Assembly: GCF_018350175.1 (NCBI RefSeq)
Contig: NC_058368.1
Coordinates: forward strand, 219,110,001 to 219,174,000
DNA length: 64,000 nt
Direction: 5' to 3'
Source of the DNA: Felis catus
Taxonomy: Eukaryota
In this document: piece after piece, positions 12,359-23,532 of the stretch
How positions within the stretch are numbered: position 1 is the first letter of the stretch
Layout: each line of letters opens with the position of its first letter
Notes under the pieces: model-generated
Seen by the model: only the letters and a program-made list of their open reading frames with translations
The model's database searches: none
Told to the model about the DNA's origin: nothing
Translations under genes and position numbers: made by a program

Positions 12359-14869
12359 GCACATATTTGAAAAATATGATAAGAAATGTATGGTTTAATT
12401 TGGAAGTCAGTTTGATTACTATGAAAAAAATATTTATAATAATGTCACCTGAATGCAGAGATTATATAGATCTGATGCAATTACTTATAGTCAAATATTA
12501 GGCATGTCCTTCAATTTATGCCAAAACAAACCAGGTATAAAATGCTAATATTGAAATAATTTGAAGACATGTTAAAGCATAAAATCCAAGGAGAGTAAAG
12601 CTTGACAGATTTACTGCTAAGAAATTGAAAGATTCTATATCATAAAGACCATGAATAAAGCTAAAAGCAAGTAATGAAACTGGGGAGACATTTGATTTTT
12701 TATATTTTCACATAATCTTTATTACATTTTTAGAAAGTAAATATTATTAATAAGTAATATTAATAAGGGATATACTTCAAATATGATAGTTTGCCAACTT
12801 TCTCTTACTTCCCCACCGAGAAGATTCATTTCAGGCCTTGAAATTTAGTGTTTGAAGCCTTTCTCTCTTTTTTTTTTCCCTCTTTCCTTCACTCTTCATA
12901 GACATATTTTAAAAAAGTGTTTTTTTTACAAAAATATATGTGTGAAGTATTACCCTCTAAACTTATTTATTTTTGCCACTTAAATAAAACATACCCTAAA
13001 CATTAATTTGCACCGGCAGATATGGATAAAAAATACTATCTATGGCTGCATAATTCTGCATATACCCTAATGCATATGGATGAATTACTGTCTATGGTTG
13101 TGTAAGTCTCCTTTCACTGTAATTTATTCAAATATTGCCCTTTTGATGGACATCCACATTTTTTCTAAGTTAAAGATAATTATATGACCTCTGGGGCTAT
13201 ATGAGCTCCCCCCTGATAATTGCTTGTTTCCTGAAAGCAAAGATCCTTTGTAACAGATCTGTGGCTCATTTGCACATGATTGCTTTGGCCCAGGTTTCTG
13301 TGAAACTGCTGACTTTGTCGTGTTTCTGCCACATACCTCTCTTAGAAGCCCAACCCAGGAAACCATTCTGCCTTCTAGAGGCACACTGATCTTCCTCAAC
13401 ATCCCATCATTTCCCCAATTATTTTCTTGTTTTTGTGCCATACAACTTCTCTGACTTTTGCTCCATTTTTTGAATTGTAGAGTCCCTGTATTATGCTCTA
13501 TTTTTCAATCTCTATTAATGTGCTCCATTTTCCCTGACTCTGTGAAATTCTGGTCCTTGATTATCAGCAAAATAAACTACAGTAAGACTGAACCCAAATA
13601 CTACAGGATTTTTTTTTCCATCACGAAACTACCTTCCAGTATTCCCACCTCCTTCTGTATACATAATCGGTCAGAATAACTCAACCCACACACCAAGACC
13701 TACAGGCACAGAATATCTGTAATAAGCTAAAAGAGAAGTGATCTGGTAGGATTAGGGATAGAGAAAGATAGGAAACTTACAGTAAGGCTGCTTACGCAGA
13801 AGTACCTTGTAGTAACTTAGAATATATACCACAAAGTAACTAGCAAGCAGCAACATTTTCTGAAGATGCCTTTACTCACAGATTTGGAAGATTGAAAAAT
13901 GAATCAGTTGTCAATATCAAAAGTAACTACATGAAATTATATGGATGTGAAGGTCATCAGAACAGTGATGCTCATTGTGGCTTCATTGATACAATGTTAC
14001 AAAATGGAAAACATTAGCTTGATTTTACTCTCAAATGAAAGGCTTAGTGTAACTTCAAAATTTAAGGGGCATGAATCTTCTGATAAAGTTGGAAACAAAA
14101 GCACCAATGAAAATGTGAACCCCTTTACTATTTGCAGCTGTGAGAGCGTCGTCACTTGCTGAGTTCCCACTACGACTGATCCTCACATATTTTGAGCGTA
14201 CCTGCGTATCTGTATTTAGTTTTCCTTGAGACACTTCTAATCTTTTTGCAGAGATTTGCATGTGCCACAGTGAATTGATCTTAAATCAGATCTTAAACCA
14301 AGTGGTATTTGGCTGCCACAGATGGCAGTTGAAGAAATCTAGAAAAAGTAGTATTTTTTTCTGCAGATTTTCTTACCAATTCTCTTACTCCTAAGCATCA
14401 TCACAGCTTTTCTTAATCCTGTCTCCTGAGGAACTATTAAACAAACATAAAAGATGACTCTTCTTTTACCTGTCTTGATTTTTGATTGGAAAGTAGTTTC
14501 TCAGCTGAATGGCTGAACAGTGAGGGCCCTGTTTGTAACTCCAACCTCATTTAATTGAAGAAGAGCGAATCCAATGGGAGAAATACCAGGGACGGCTCTC
14601 ACTGCTCTGCTGGACATGCACAGTCTCCTTGGGGTTTCCAGTTTCCCAGCCAGAGCTTAGCCTACTGCACATCACTGCAGGAATGGTACCCAAGAGAGGC
14701 CGCTGCCTGGTCAGGTTAAGGATTTGAAGAATATCAGGTAATGCAGCCTAATGAAAAGGAAACAAACAAACAAACAAACAACAACAACAACAAAAACCCA
14801 AAACAAAAAAACACAGAGAAAGCAAAACTTTTTTCTTTTTTTTAAGTGGATTTGAAAGTCAATACAGAG

Positions 14870-15092
14870 GGGGAGCCTGGGTGGCGCAGTCGGTTAAGCG
14901 TCCGACTTCAGCCAGGTCACGATCTCGCGGTCCAGGAGTTCGAGCCCCGCGTCAGGCTCTGGGCTGATGGCTCAGAGCCTGGAGCCTGTTTCCGGTTCTG
15001 TGTCTCCCTCTCTCTCTGCCCCTCGCCCGTTCATGCTCTGTCTCTCTCTGTCCCAAAAATAAATAAACGTTGAAAAAAAAATTAAAAAAAAA
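14870..15092 (+). mobile_element. Young SINEC_Fc
   Basis: CpG-rich full-length SINE; perfect TSD aaagtcaatacagag at 14855 and 15093. Confidence 0.97.
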
Positions 15093-15451
15093 AAAGTCAA
15101 TACAGAGAATCCTGTACTAATTGCTGAAGAAAGAAGGAAGCATATGTCTCCAGAGGGTACAATGACATGACTGCAGTGGTCTACATGTTACCAGATAAAC
15201 ATATGGTCATGTGAAATGAGGCTGGTAACATAGACTATCAGAAATAACACCGCTGTGACAACTACATTAGGAGGAAATGCATTAATATGAAAACGGAATT
15301 CTGTTAGGAACTTCAGAAATTGTCTGAACTCATTATACATTTAATTTCGCTTCTGTCTGAGGACAGAGCAAAAAATACCACATTTCAACCCAGAGATGTT
15401 TGAGAAGTTCAGGATTATGGGAAGATTTGATTGCACAAAGATTATCTTCAA

Positions 15452-15665
15452 TTTTTTTTTTTCAACGTTTATTTATTTTTGGGACAGAGAGAGACAGAGC
15501 ATGAACGGGGGAGGAGCAGAGAGAGAGGGAGACACAGAATCGGAAACAGGCTCCAGGCTCTGAGCCATCAGCCCAGAGCCTGACGCGGGGCTCGAACTCA
15601 CGGACCGCGAGATCGTGACCTGGCTGAAGTCGGACGCTTAACCGACTGAGCCACCCAGGCGCCCC
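15452..15665 (-). mobile_element. Young SINEC_Fc
   Basis: CpG-rich full-length SINE; perfect TSD acaaagattatcttcaa at 15435 and 15666. Confidence 0.97.
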
Positions 15666-17202
15666 ACAAAGATTATCTTCAAACGGCAGTCAGTGGAGGA
15701 CCAGATTCACGGTAAGTTTGTAAGTTCATGCACAGGCTTAAACACCCAGTCAATAAACTCCATCATCTTCGTAATCTCCAACTTAAGAAATTAAAACTTT
15801 GCATGTATTAAAGCAGCTACCTATGCAAAAAACCTTTGAACCATTTAACTGCGACTGTTCAGATACTATATCAGAAGCCCAAAGAATGCAACGCCAGTGT
15901 TTGTGCAGTAAGAATTAGCCTTGAAATGTAGACTCCAGTTTGAGAGTGTGGATCCTACCCCCTAGCTCCCCACCACCGCTTCCAATGCTGAATGGCAGTG
16001 TAAGGATCAGTAAAAATAATTGCACACACTTCTCTCCCATATATGTTTTCACAATCCTTAAGAATATAAATATGCAAGCACATTTAAATGGCATTCTTTG
16101 ATCATTTTAATGTGTTTTTTTGTACAGCATTTAAAAATATATATAAATTGTACCTCTTTCCATAATTTCAGGGATAACTATTTGAATTTAGAATCTGTTG
16201 CATTTTTTTCTGGACTTTCCTCTCACTATTCCTTCTAATCTGTGATTTGAGAAGATCATTTTATGACTTTAGGAAAAAAAAGACAGAAATAGCCATTTGT
16301 TGTATAAATTCAAAGCAAATACTTACATATTCATTGTCTCAGAGTAGGAATAAAGCCATGTTTAATTTGAATACAGATATTAGTATATTATGGTTTAGTA
16401 ATATTGATATTTGTCAGATTATGTTCAAAGACTGAGAGTGACTATTTTTATTTAAGAAATTCTCTTTTTTTGGATGGGTGTTAGGAGACAAAAAAAAAAA
16501 AAAAGCAGACACATGTCTAGATAGAATATAAATCTCTACAGTTTTGTGCCTAAAGAGTTTTTGTTATTTCACAAGAAAATAAAATTTCGCTTTTCTTTTT
16601 TGGAGGGTAGTTTTTGTTTTTGCTATTCTTAATATCTCCATTGGTTGGTTGACATTATAGGAAAAGATTGAATCAGAAACGCTGAAAATTCAGTTTTCAC
16701 AAATTTGGAATGGAATTTGGAATTTGGCAATGGAACGCGCAACATCGCTTAGAAATCTAAGTGACAATTTGTGGGAACTGTGGGAAGATCCAATATACCA
16801 GCTCTGAATGCAGTTCAGCACTGCTCTGTCACCCGAAAGAGCGGCAGCTTTGGGAGAGACCCAACACAATACCCTTGTCTTAGAACTGGGTTTTCACAAG
16901 GGATGCTGTTGGTCATGGCTTCCCAACTGCAGCTGTCTCTGAGGGGTAGTCATCAGCTGCAGAAGGTCTGAGCTGGAGAAAAATATCATGGCAGAAACCA
17001 CAGAGATACTGTCTTTGCAAAGCTCTATGGTAAGCTCATGTGGGTCTTCTCTCAAGCTGATATCCAAAGGCAAGCACTAAGGGGTTTTCAGGATAGTGAT
17101 TCCAAGGAACAGAAAGCATGCTGCTGGGAACACAAGTCCTCCTAAGTCAACATTAAATGTGACTAATTTCATAGACAGAGACTTGCAATACCAGGGCATA
17201 TG

Positions 17203-17204
<2 letters not shown>

Positions 17205-17251
<47 letters not shown>

Positions 17252-17256
17252 TGTGT
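17205..17256. repeat. (GT)n microsatellite
   Basis: Direct reading. Confidence 0.95.
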
Positions 17257-18849
17257 AAATATATTTCTTACATTATATTTTCTATATACTTTTTCATTAC
17301 CTATTTTTTTATAAGTATAATAGGAACAGTTTTCCCAAAGCATTCAAGCCTTGAAAATTGAAATGCAAAGAATAAGTTGTTTTTTCCCTTCTCCCTCCAT
17401 CTAAAGATCTGTTACCATTTTCTTACGTTTCAAAAGAGGATCAGACCTTGGATGGGATGTTCAGCTTCCCCTTCTTATAAGCTGTACAGTACTCATATTT
17501 CTATTTTGAAATTTGCTGATCTCATCTAAAATAGCAGGCAATTACCTCCCTGCCTACTCTCAAGGTATCTCTCTCCCAGCCGTGGATATTCTTCTAAGGA
17601 AAGGGCATGATAAGTGTCAGCTCTCAGCAACTTAGTATTACAACCTGGTATTTTTTTCTGCTTAAGAGAGATTCATTTATTGAATTGTTTCTTAAACTGT
17701 AAATGCATATGTGGATGTTCCAGGGAATGATAGAAGTCATAGGTTAAACGTAGTGCATTTCCTTGGGTCATCTATTATAATTTTGGTAGGTAATAAGAAG
17801 GTAGAGGAAAGAAACAGATACTTACAAAATTTCTGAGTTCTGCTTGTTTTTTGACAACTTGGTGTTCTTGAGAATTTTAGGTCTGAATTCTAGGATGGAT
17901 GCCAGAAAGGCCTTGGTAGAAACACATAGGCTGACTCACACCATATGGAAAGAGGGGGAGGTGAGAGGCTATGAGATATTCGGAAAAGTAGCTCATTAAG
18001 TGATCCTAAAGATCCAAAGATCCCTGTGTAGTAATTGTGGTTTATGCTCTGTTGTAGCTTCTTTTGAACCTTCAATCAATTTTCTTTAAAAATTAAATAT
18101 AATCTTTTACTGGACTGTAGAGTACTAAGAAAAAAGATGAATTATACACTAAGAATGTATTGACAAAAATAAATTAAGGAAAATACATGAGATCTATTAC
18201 TTAAAATTGCTCTAGATTATCCCATTTATTAGATCACCCCAACAATTTTTATTAATGTCAGATTGTTAGTTTAAATGTGTCACTCTCATTTGTTAAAAAA
18301 ACAATAAATGCATCCACCATTTTGAAAGAAGAATTTTAAAGGATGAAATTATTTACTTAGTATTAATTTAAGAATATTAAGAAATTTTCTAGACGATATT
18401 TGCTTCTGAAAAGTATGAAATAATGAACTAAGAATAATTTGGGTACTATCTGACAAACTAAATTTTAAAGATATGTATATATTTTTTTCAGAGCAAGTGT
18501 TTGGAAATTCATAGAGCTGAAACTTTTTCAATTCGTGATAGGCACAGCATGTCAATGCAAGTTGCAGTTAGGCAGTCCTGTGCATTAATTAGAAAAGGTC
18601 AAGCTGTGAAAAGGAAATGAGTGCAGTTCATATGGGTGAGAGCTTAGAAAGTACAAGCTGTGACAATGAATTCCAAATCTTAACATCTTAACTAATTACC
18701 GGTGGTTTCTCCAAATAAAATGATACTGAATGTTCAAGCATGCTTAAGAGGAGACTTTCTACCTTAGACAAAAGCTTAAAGAAAATGATGTTATTTTAAA
18801 AGTGATTTATAGCTTATAATATCCCTTTTGCAAAAATGATGCCTTATGA

Positions 18850-18985
18850 TTTTAATAACATACTGTGAGACAAGTAGGTCATTATTCCTATTTTACTGAA
18901 GAGAAAAATAAAACTCAAAGAGAACTGGCAACTTGTCAAAGTCAAACTAGTTGTCAGTGACAGAATGCATGGAAACTTGTCTTCT
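18850..18985 (-). mobile_element. MIR fragment
   Basis: cattattcctattttactgaagagaaaaataaaactcaaagag...aacttgtcaaagtcaaactagt (antisense MIR core). Confidence 0.65.
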
Positions 18986-19020
18986 GTTTCTTTACAATAT
19001 TTTCAAAATATGATATGTTT

Positions 19021-19241
19021 TATTTATTTTTTTTAATTTTTTAACGTTTATTTATTTTTGAGACAGAGACAGAGAATCAACAGGGCAGGGTCAGAGAGAG
19101 AGGGAGACACAGAATCCAAAACAGGCTCTGGGCTCTGAACTGTCAGCACAGAGCCCGACACGGGTCTCGACCTCAGGAACTGCGAGATCATGACCTGGGC
19201 TGAAGTAGGATGCTTAACTGACTGAGCCATCCAGGTGCCCC
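19021..19241 (-). mobile_element. SINEC_Fc-type SINE
   Basis: Full antisense SINE; TSD tcaaaatatgat at 19003 and 19242. Confidence 0.95.
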
Positions 19242-22200
19242 TCAAAATATGATCTATTTTAAAATCAGCATGGTATTTTGTTTGGGTTGAACCAACTCAT
19301 TCATGTAAACTCTTATACAGCCTTCACAAATTTAGATTCGCTACAGAAAGCTTCAGAATCGTATTTAAATTGTTGCTTTGCAGGGTTAATGTTTTCAAAA
19401 TATCAAGTTGATATTAAACAAATATCTTCGTATTTTTAGTAATTCCTAGTCATCCAAAAACTCCTTTATCAAAAGTCATGTGTGGTCAACTCAGAGCCAT
19501 AGAATTTACTCAAAAAATATGCGGAGGCAGACACTTCCACAAGTTTGGAGGATCCATGGAGCTTTGTCTCCACCCCTAACTACCACTCTTGGCAGAGCAA
19601 AGAGGAAATGACACAGGGAAACTCTCTGGGGGGACAAAAGAGAGGGAGGGAGGGAGAGATCAAGAGAACAAAGGGAAGTAAGTTTGTCTCTTCCCACTTA
19701 TTTAGAGGAAAAGCCAAGAATAAGGATGGGATAGAATTAATTTTGGAGCCATCTCCTCCACTCCCACCCCTAAACTCTCAGAGTCTATATCTAGAGGATT
19801 ATACATTGTGTGAAAGAAGTTGCAAATGGCCTAGACACCTAAAATGTCACCACCAGAGATCCAAAGATGATCAAGCTTTAATGCCTTACATTGTCCATTA
19901 CGTATAATGAAAACTTCCTATGCATCAATGATACTAGTACCATCCATGAGATAATTGGGAGAATAGTCACACAAATAATTTTCTGTGCTCTGTGGTTTGT
20001 GTGGTGAAGCCAGGTTTCACACCTGGCTTATTCCTGTATTAGAGAAGGAATATGCTTATTTGGATGCTAAAATGCGTTTTGTCTCAGAGTTCACTCTGGA
20101 TGATCATATTCCAAGGCTCTGATAAAGAGACAGACAGTGGTTGTGCCAGGCACTGGATGTGTAGATGTCTAAGGTCTGAGACAGCAGCCTGTGAAGAGTA
20201 GAGCCCTTGAAGACTGACAGAAATGACAGCAGAGGTGATCAGTGGCCGAGTATGACAGAACTTGACAGGGTTTTCCCAGTGACTGCCGGACAAGCTAACA
20301 TACCAGCCAATTCAGTGAAGACGGAAGGCAATGTGCAACTGTAGGTACCATGTACAACATCTCAACCAGCAGACAGAGTGGGTTTTAGGCAACAAGTTTT
20401 CATCGTTATAGTTGCTCTCTGTTGCTGCTGCCACTACTCTTTCTAGCAAGAGCAAAATCAGTCATGGCATCAATACTAATTATAAACAGATATGTAAGCT
20501 CAAGTTTGCACAGAGATTCAGCTTTTTTGTAAAGGATATAAGGTATTCTATCATTATCAAGAAACTTTTCAACTTCTGGTTGAATAATCTGAAATCCTTT
20601 AATCTTAATAAATATTTTACACTTTAATTATTTAATCCTTTTAATTACTCTGCTTTATACTTCCCCAAATGATTTATCCCAAGTTTTAGAAACTAGGACA
20701 GAATAGAGATATTTATTATACCTATGAAAGTTACTGACTAAAACTCTGATACTCTAATATTTCCTTCAGTTATTTTTATATTATGAGAATACATCTCTCA
20801 TTATTTTTTTGTATTGATGTTGATAACTCATGGTTAATGATAGCATGGATAATGATATTCAGTACATTGCTTATAAAAACTGTTTTGCCAATTTTTTAAT
20901 TTGTTTTTCTTCTTCATTGCATCTTTCTCTGTTAATTTTTAATTTAAGAATTGCTGATTATGTCCGGAAATTCTCAATTTCATTTTGAATGTAAATGCTC
21001 TTCCGTGAATGACAAGAATGTCTTCCATTCTGTGGTTTTTTAAGTACCCATAAAGATTGCTTTCTATGGTAAATTTCTAATGAAAAATTTAAGTACTAAG
21101 TCAATGATGTTTTTTTAATAGACATTGTTGATGTATCCTTTTGAACATTTTACTCTAATAATAAATACAATGAACTAACCATTCTCTGCCCTTTAGTATT
21201 TAATGATTATAGTGCTCCTTAGATATCAGCTGTGCTTATCATAGAGCATGCAGGATAAGACCAAAATTCTGTAACTGTAATACTTCATCTGCTTCATAAG
21301 ACAAGATTTTCAAAAAGTAGCTCAGTGATATCAGCTTCTACTTATATGCAATCCATAGTAATAATTCTAATAATAATAATTCTTATTTGAAATCAATATA
21401 AAAGTATATAAAGAAGAAACAGATCAGGAAATGTTATTACTGATACATCAATGTCACACTTGTACCACATTAGCCAATCACGAAAGCTCTATGAAATAGA
21501 AAGTGATTATAGACGGTAGATAATCATATTTGTGGAATAATCAATTCTTACACTAATTTTTTGTTTTTGTTTTTGCTACTTATCTTTATTAGTTTTTAAT
21601 CCATGAGTGGTGCTTACTTTAAAAGCTTACTTACTTTTAGGAGTATGATCTATCAAATGGCTTCTTGGTGATATCAGAGAAAAAATTAATGACTTAACTT
21701 TGTACATGTATTTGACATTTATTTGGAATAAAACTGTAATGATTCTTTTGGATATTGCATTATGTTCTTCAAAATGTACTTTTAAAGTGTGCACATTTCT
21801 TAAAAAGACAATATTGGCCACTTGATCTTAGTCAACCTTAAATGAACAGAGTGTGACTTGTCATTTTCCCATTATTTTAATTTTTAATTTTTATTATAAT
21901 AAGCTCTGTTACAGTGTGTGATATTTTTATATGTGTTAATAATTTTATTTCCAGTTCTACTACTGTCTTGTGGTGTGTTTTCCATTCATAGAAACAATAC
22001 AAATTATTAATAAATGGCTCATTAAAATTTAATATTTTGAAAAAAGGGGTAACACAAATATTTCCCTCATATGCCATAAATATAAATTATGAATAGGTAT
22101 TGAATTAGGAATGTATAATATGAGTATCTACAAACAATTTTGTAAGTGTAACTTCTTTGTAAAACAAGCCAAAATATAATTTTGAATGTTAAAAATTAAA

Positions 22201-22832
22201 AAATGAGCAGTGAAAATTACATTTTATTGTTCCTCTGATATAATCATTGCAGTTACCATGTCACTATATGTTATAAAATATTTTCAAAATCATCAAAATC
22301 AGCAGGAATCTATCAAAGTTCCAAAGTAAATTTCAATTAAAATATACTGACCTCTTGTTTTGATATAATAAAATCATAAAACAACTTCCAGCCAGAAACA
22401 AACATTTGTTCCAAAATTTACTTTTTTAAAAAAAGTTATGTCATAATTGGTTGTCAAAGCAATGACAAATACATTCAGAGAGAAAGAGGGAAAGAGAGAG
22501 GGAAGGGTGATCAGGGAGAGATAAAAAGGAGAGATCATTACTAATTTTTGACAAAAGTAATTTTACCAATGGCAGTGTTGGACACCCCATGATGTTTTTG
22601 ACATAAAATATTCCAAGGCAAATGATTTTATATGAAATCAGTGTCTCAATTTACAGGTATTTGAAACAACTGATATTCAGAGTCTGAATCAGTGCTATAA
22701 GACACTTAATATATAGTAATGTTTGAGGAACAAATGCTTGGGGAAAATTGGAAACTCTTAACTGAAATTTTATTTCACAGTTCAAGAGTTTTCTTCTGAT
22801 AATCGTGAAGTACCTTGGTCAAACACTTTCTT

Positions 22833-22836
<4 letters not shown>

Positions 22837-22898
<62 letters not shown>

Positions 22899-22925
22899 TG
22901 CACACATGTGCACACACACACAAAC
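22837..22925. repeat. Compound (CT)n(CA)n microsatellite
   Basis: Direct reading. Confidence 0.95.
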
Positions 22926-23532
22926 ACATTGAATGGAATATAGTTTTAAAATACTTGAAAACCCAGAAAATGACAGAATTCAAGAGAAAATTGAAAAGTG
23001 GCTAGGGTGAAACATTATAAAGAAAAGAAAACTACCATTAGTGATTATGTGGTTCTGTACCTTATCACTTGATAACTACACTCATGATATAGGAAAGATG
23101 AAATTAAATTAGAAGACATAGTGTGACTGGCGTAAAAAACAAGACGAGAGACTTCAGGACCACTGAGACATCTAGATAGTAGGAGAGAATTCTAGAAAGG
23201 AAGGAATCTTGGTATAAACTTTGTTGAAAACACTGACAAATACGTGAAATTCACATACATGTGTAAGAGTAGTTTTCTTAGTTTGGGCTGCTATAAGAGA
23301 GAATCATAGATTCAGTGGCTTAAAAACATTCAAAATAGAAAGAGAGATAAAGAGTTTACCAGACAAACAAAAACGAAAGGAGTTGGTGACCATCAAACCA
23401 GTCCTGCAGGAAATTTTAAGGGGGACTCTTTGAGTGGAGAAAAGACAAAAGAAACCAAAATAGACCAAAAGCAATGAAGACTAGAAGGAACCAGAGACCA
23501 TCACCAGAAACAACAACTCCATAAGCAGCATA

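Noticed and set aside
13019..13110. Imperfect ~55-bp tandem duplication (also short duplications near 2215, 47877 and 58692)
   Set aside because: Ordinary slippage duplications with only two copies; not an array.
14846..15073. Recurring GAWVAQSVK / EPASDSVSPSLS peptides in many ORFs, suggesting a gene family
   Set aside because: They are translations of CAN-SINE copies.
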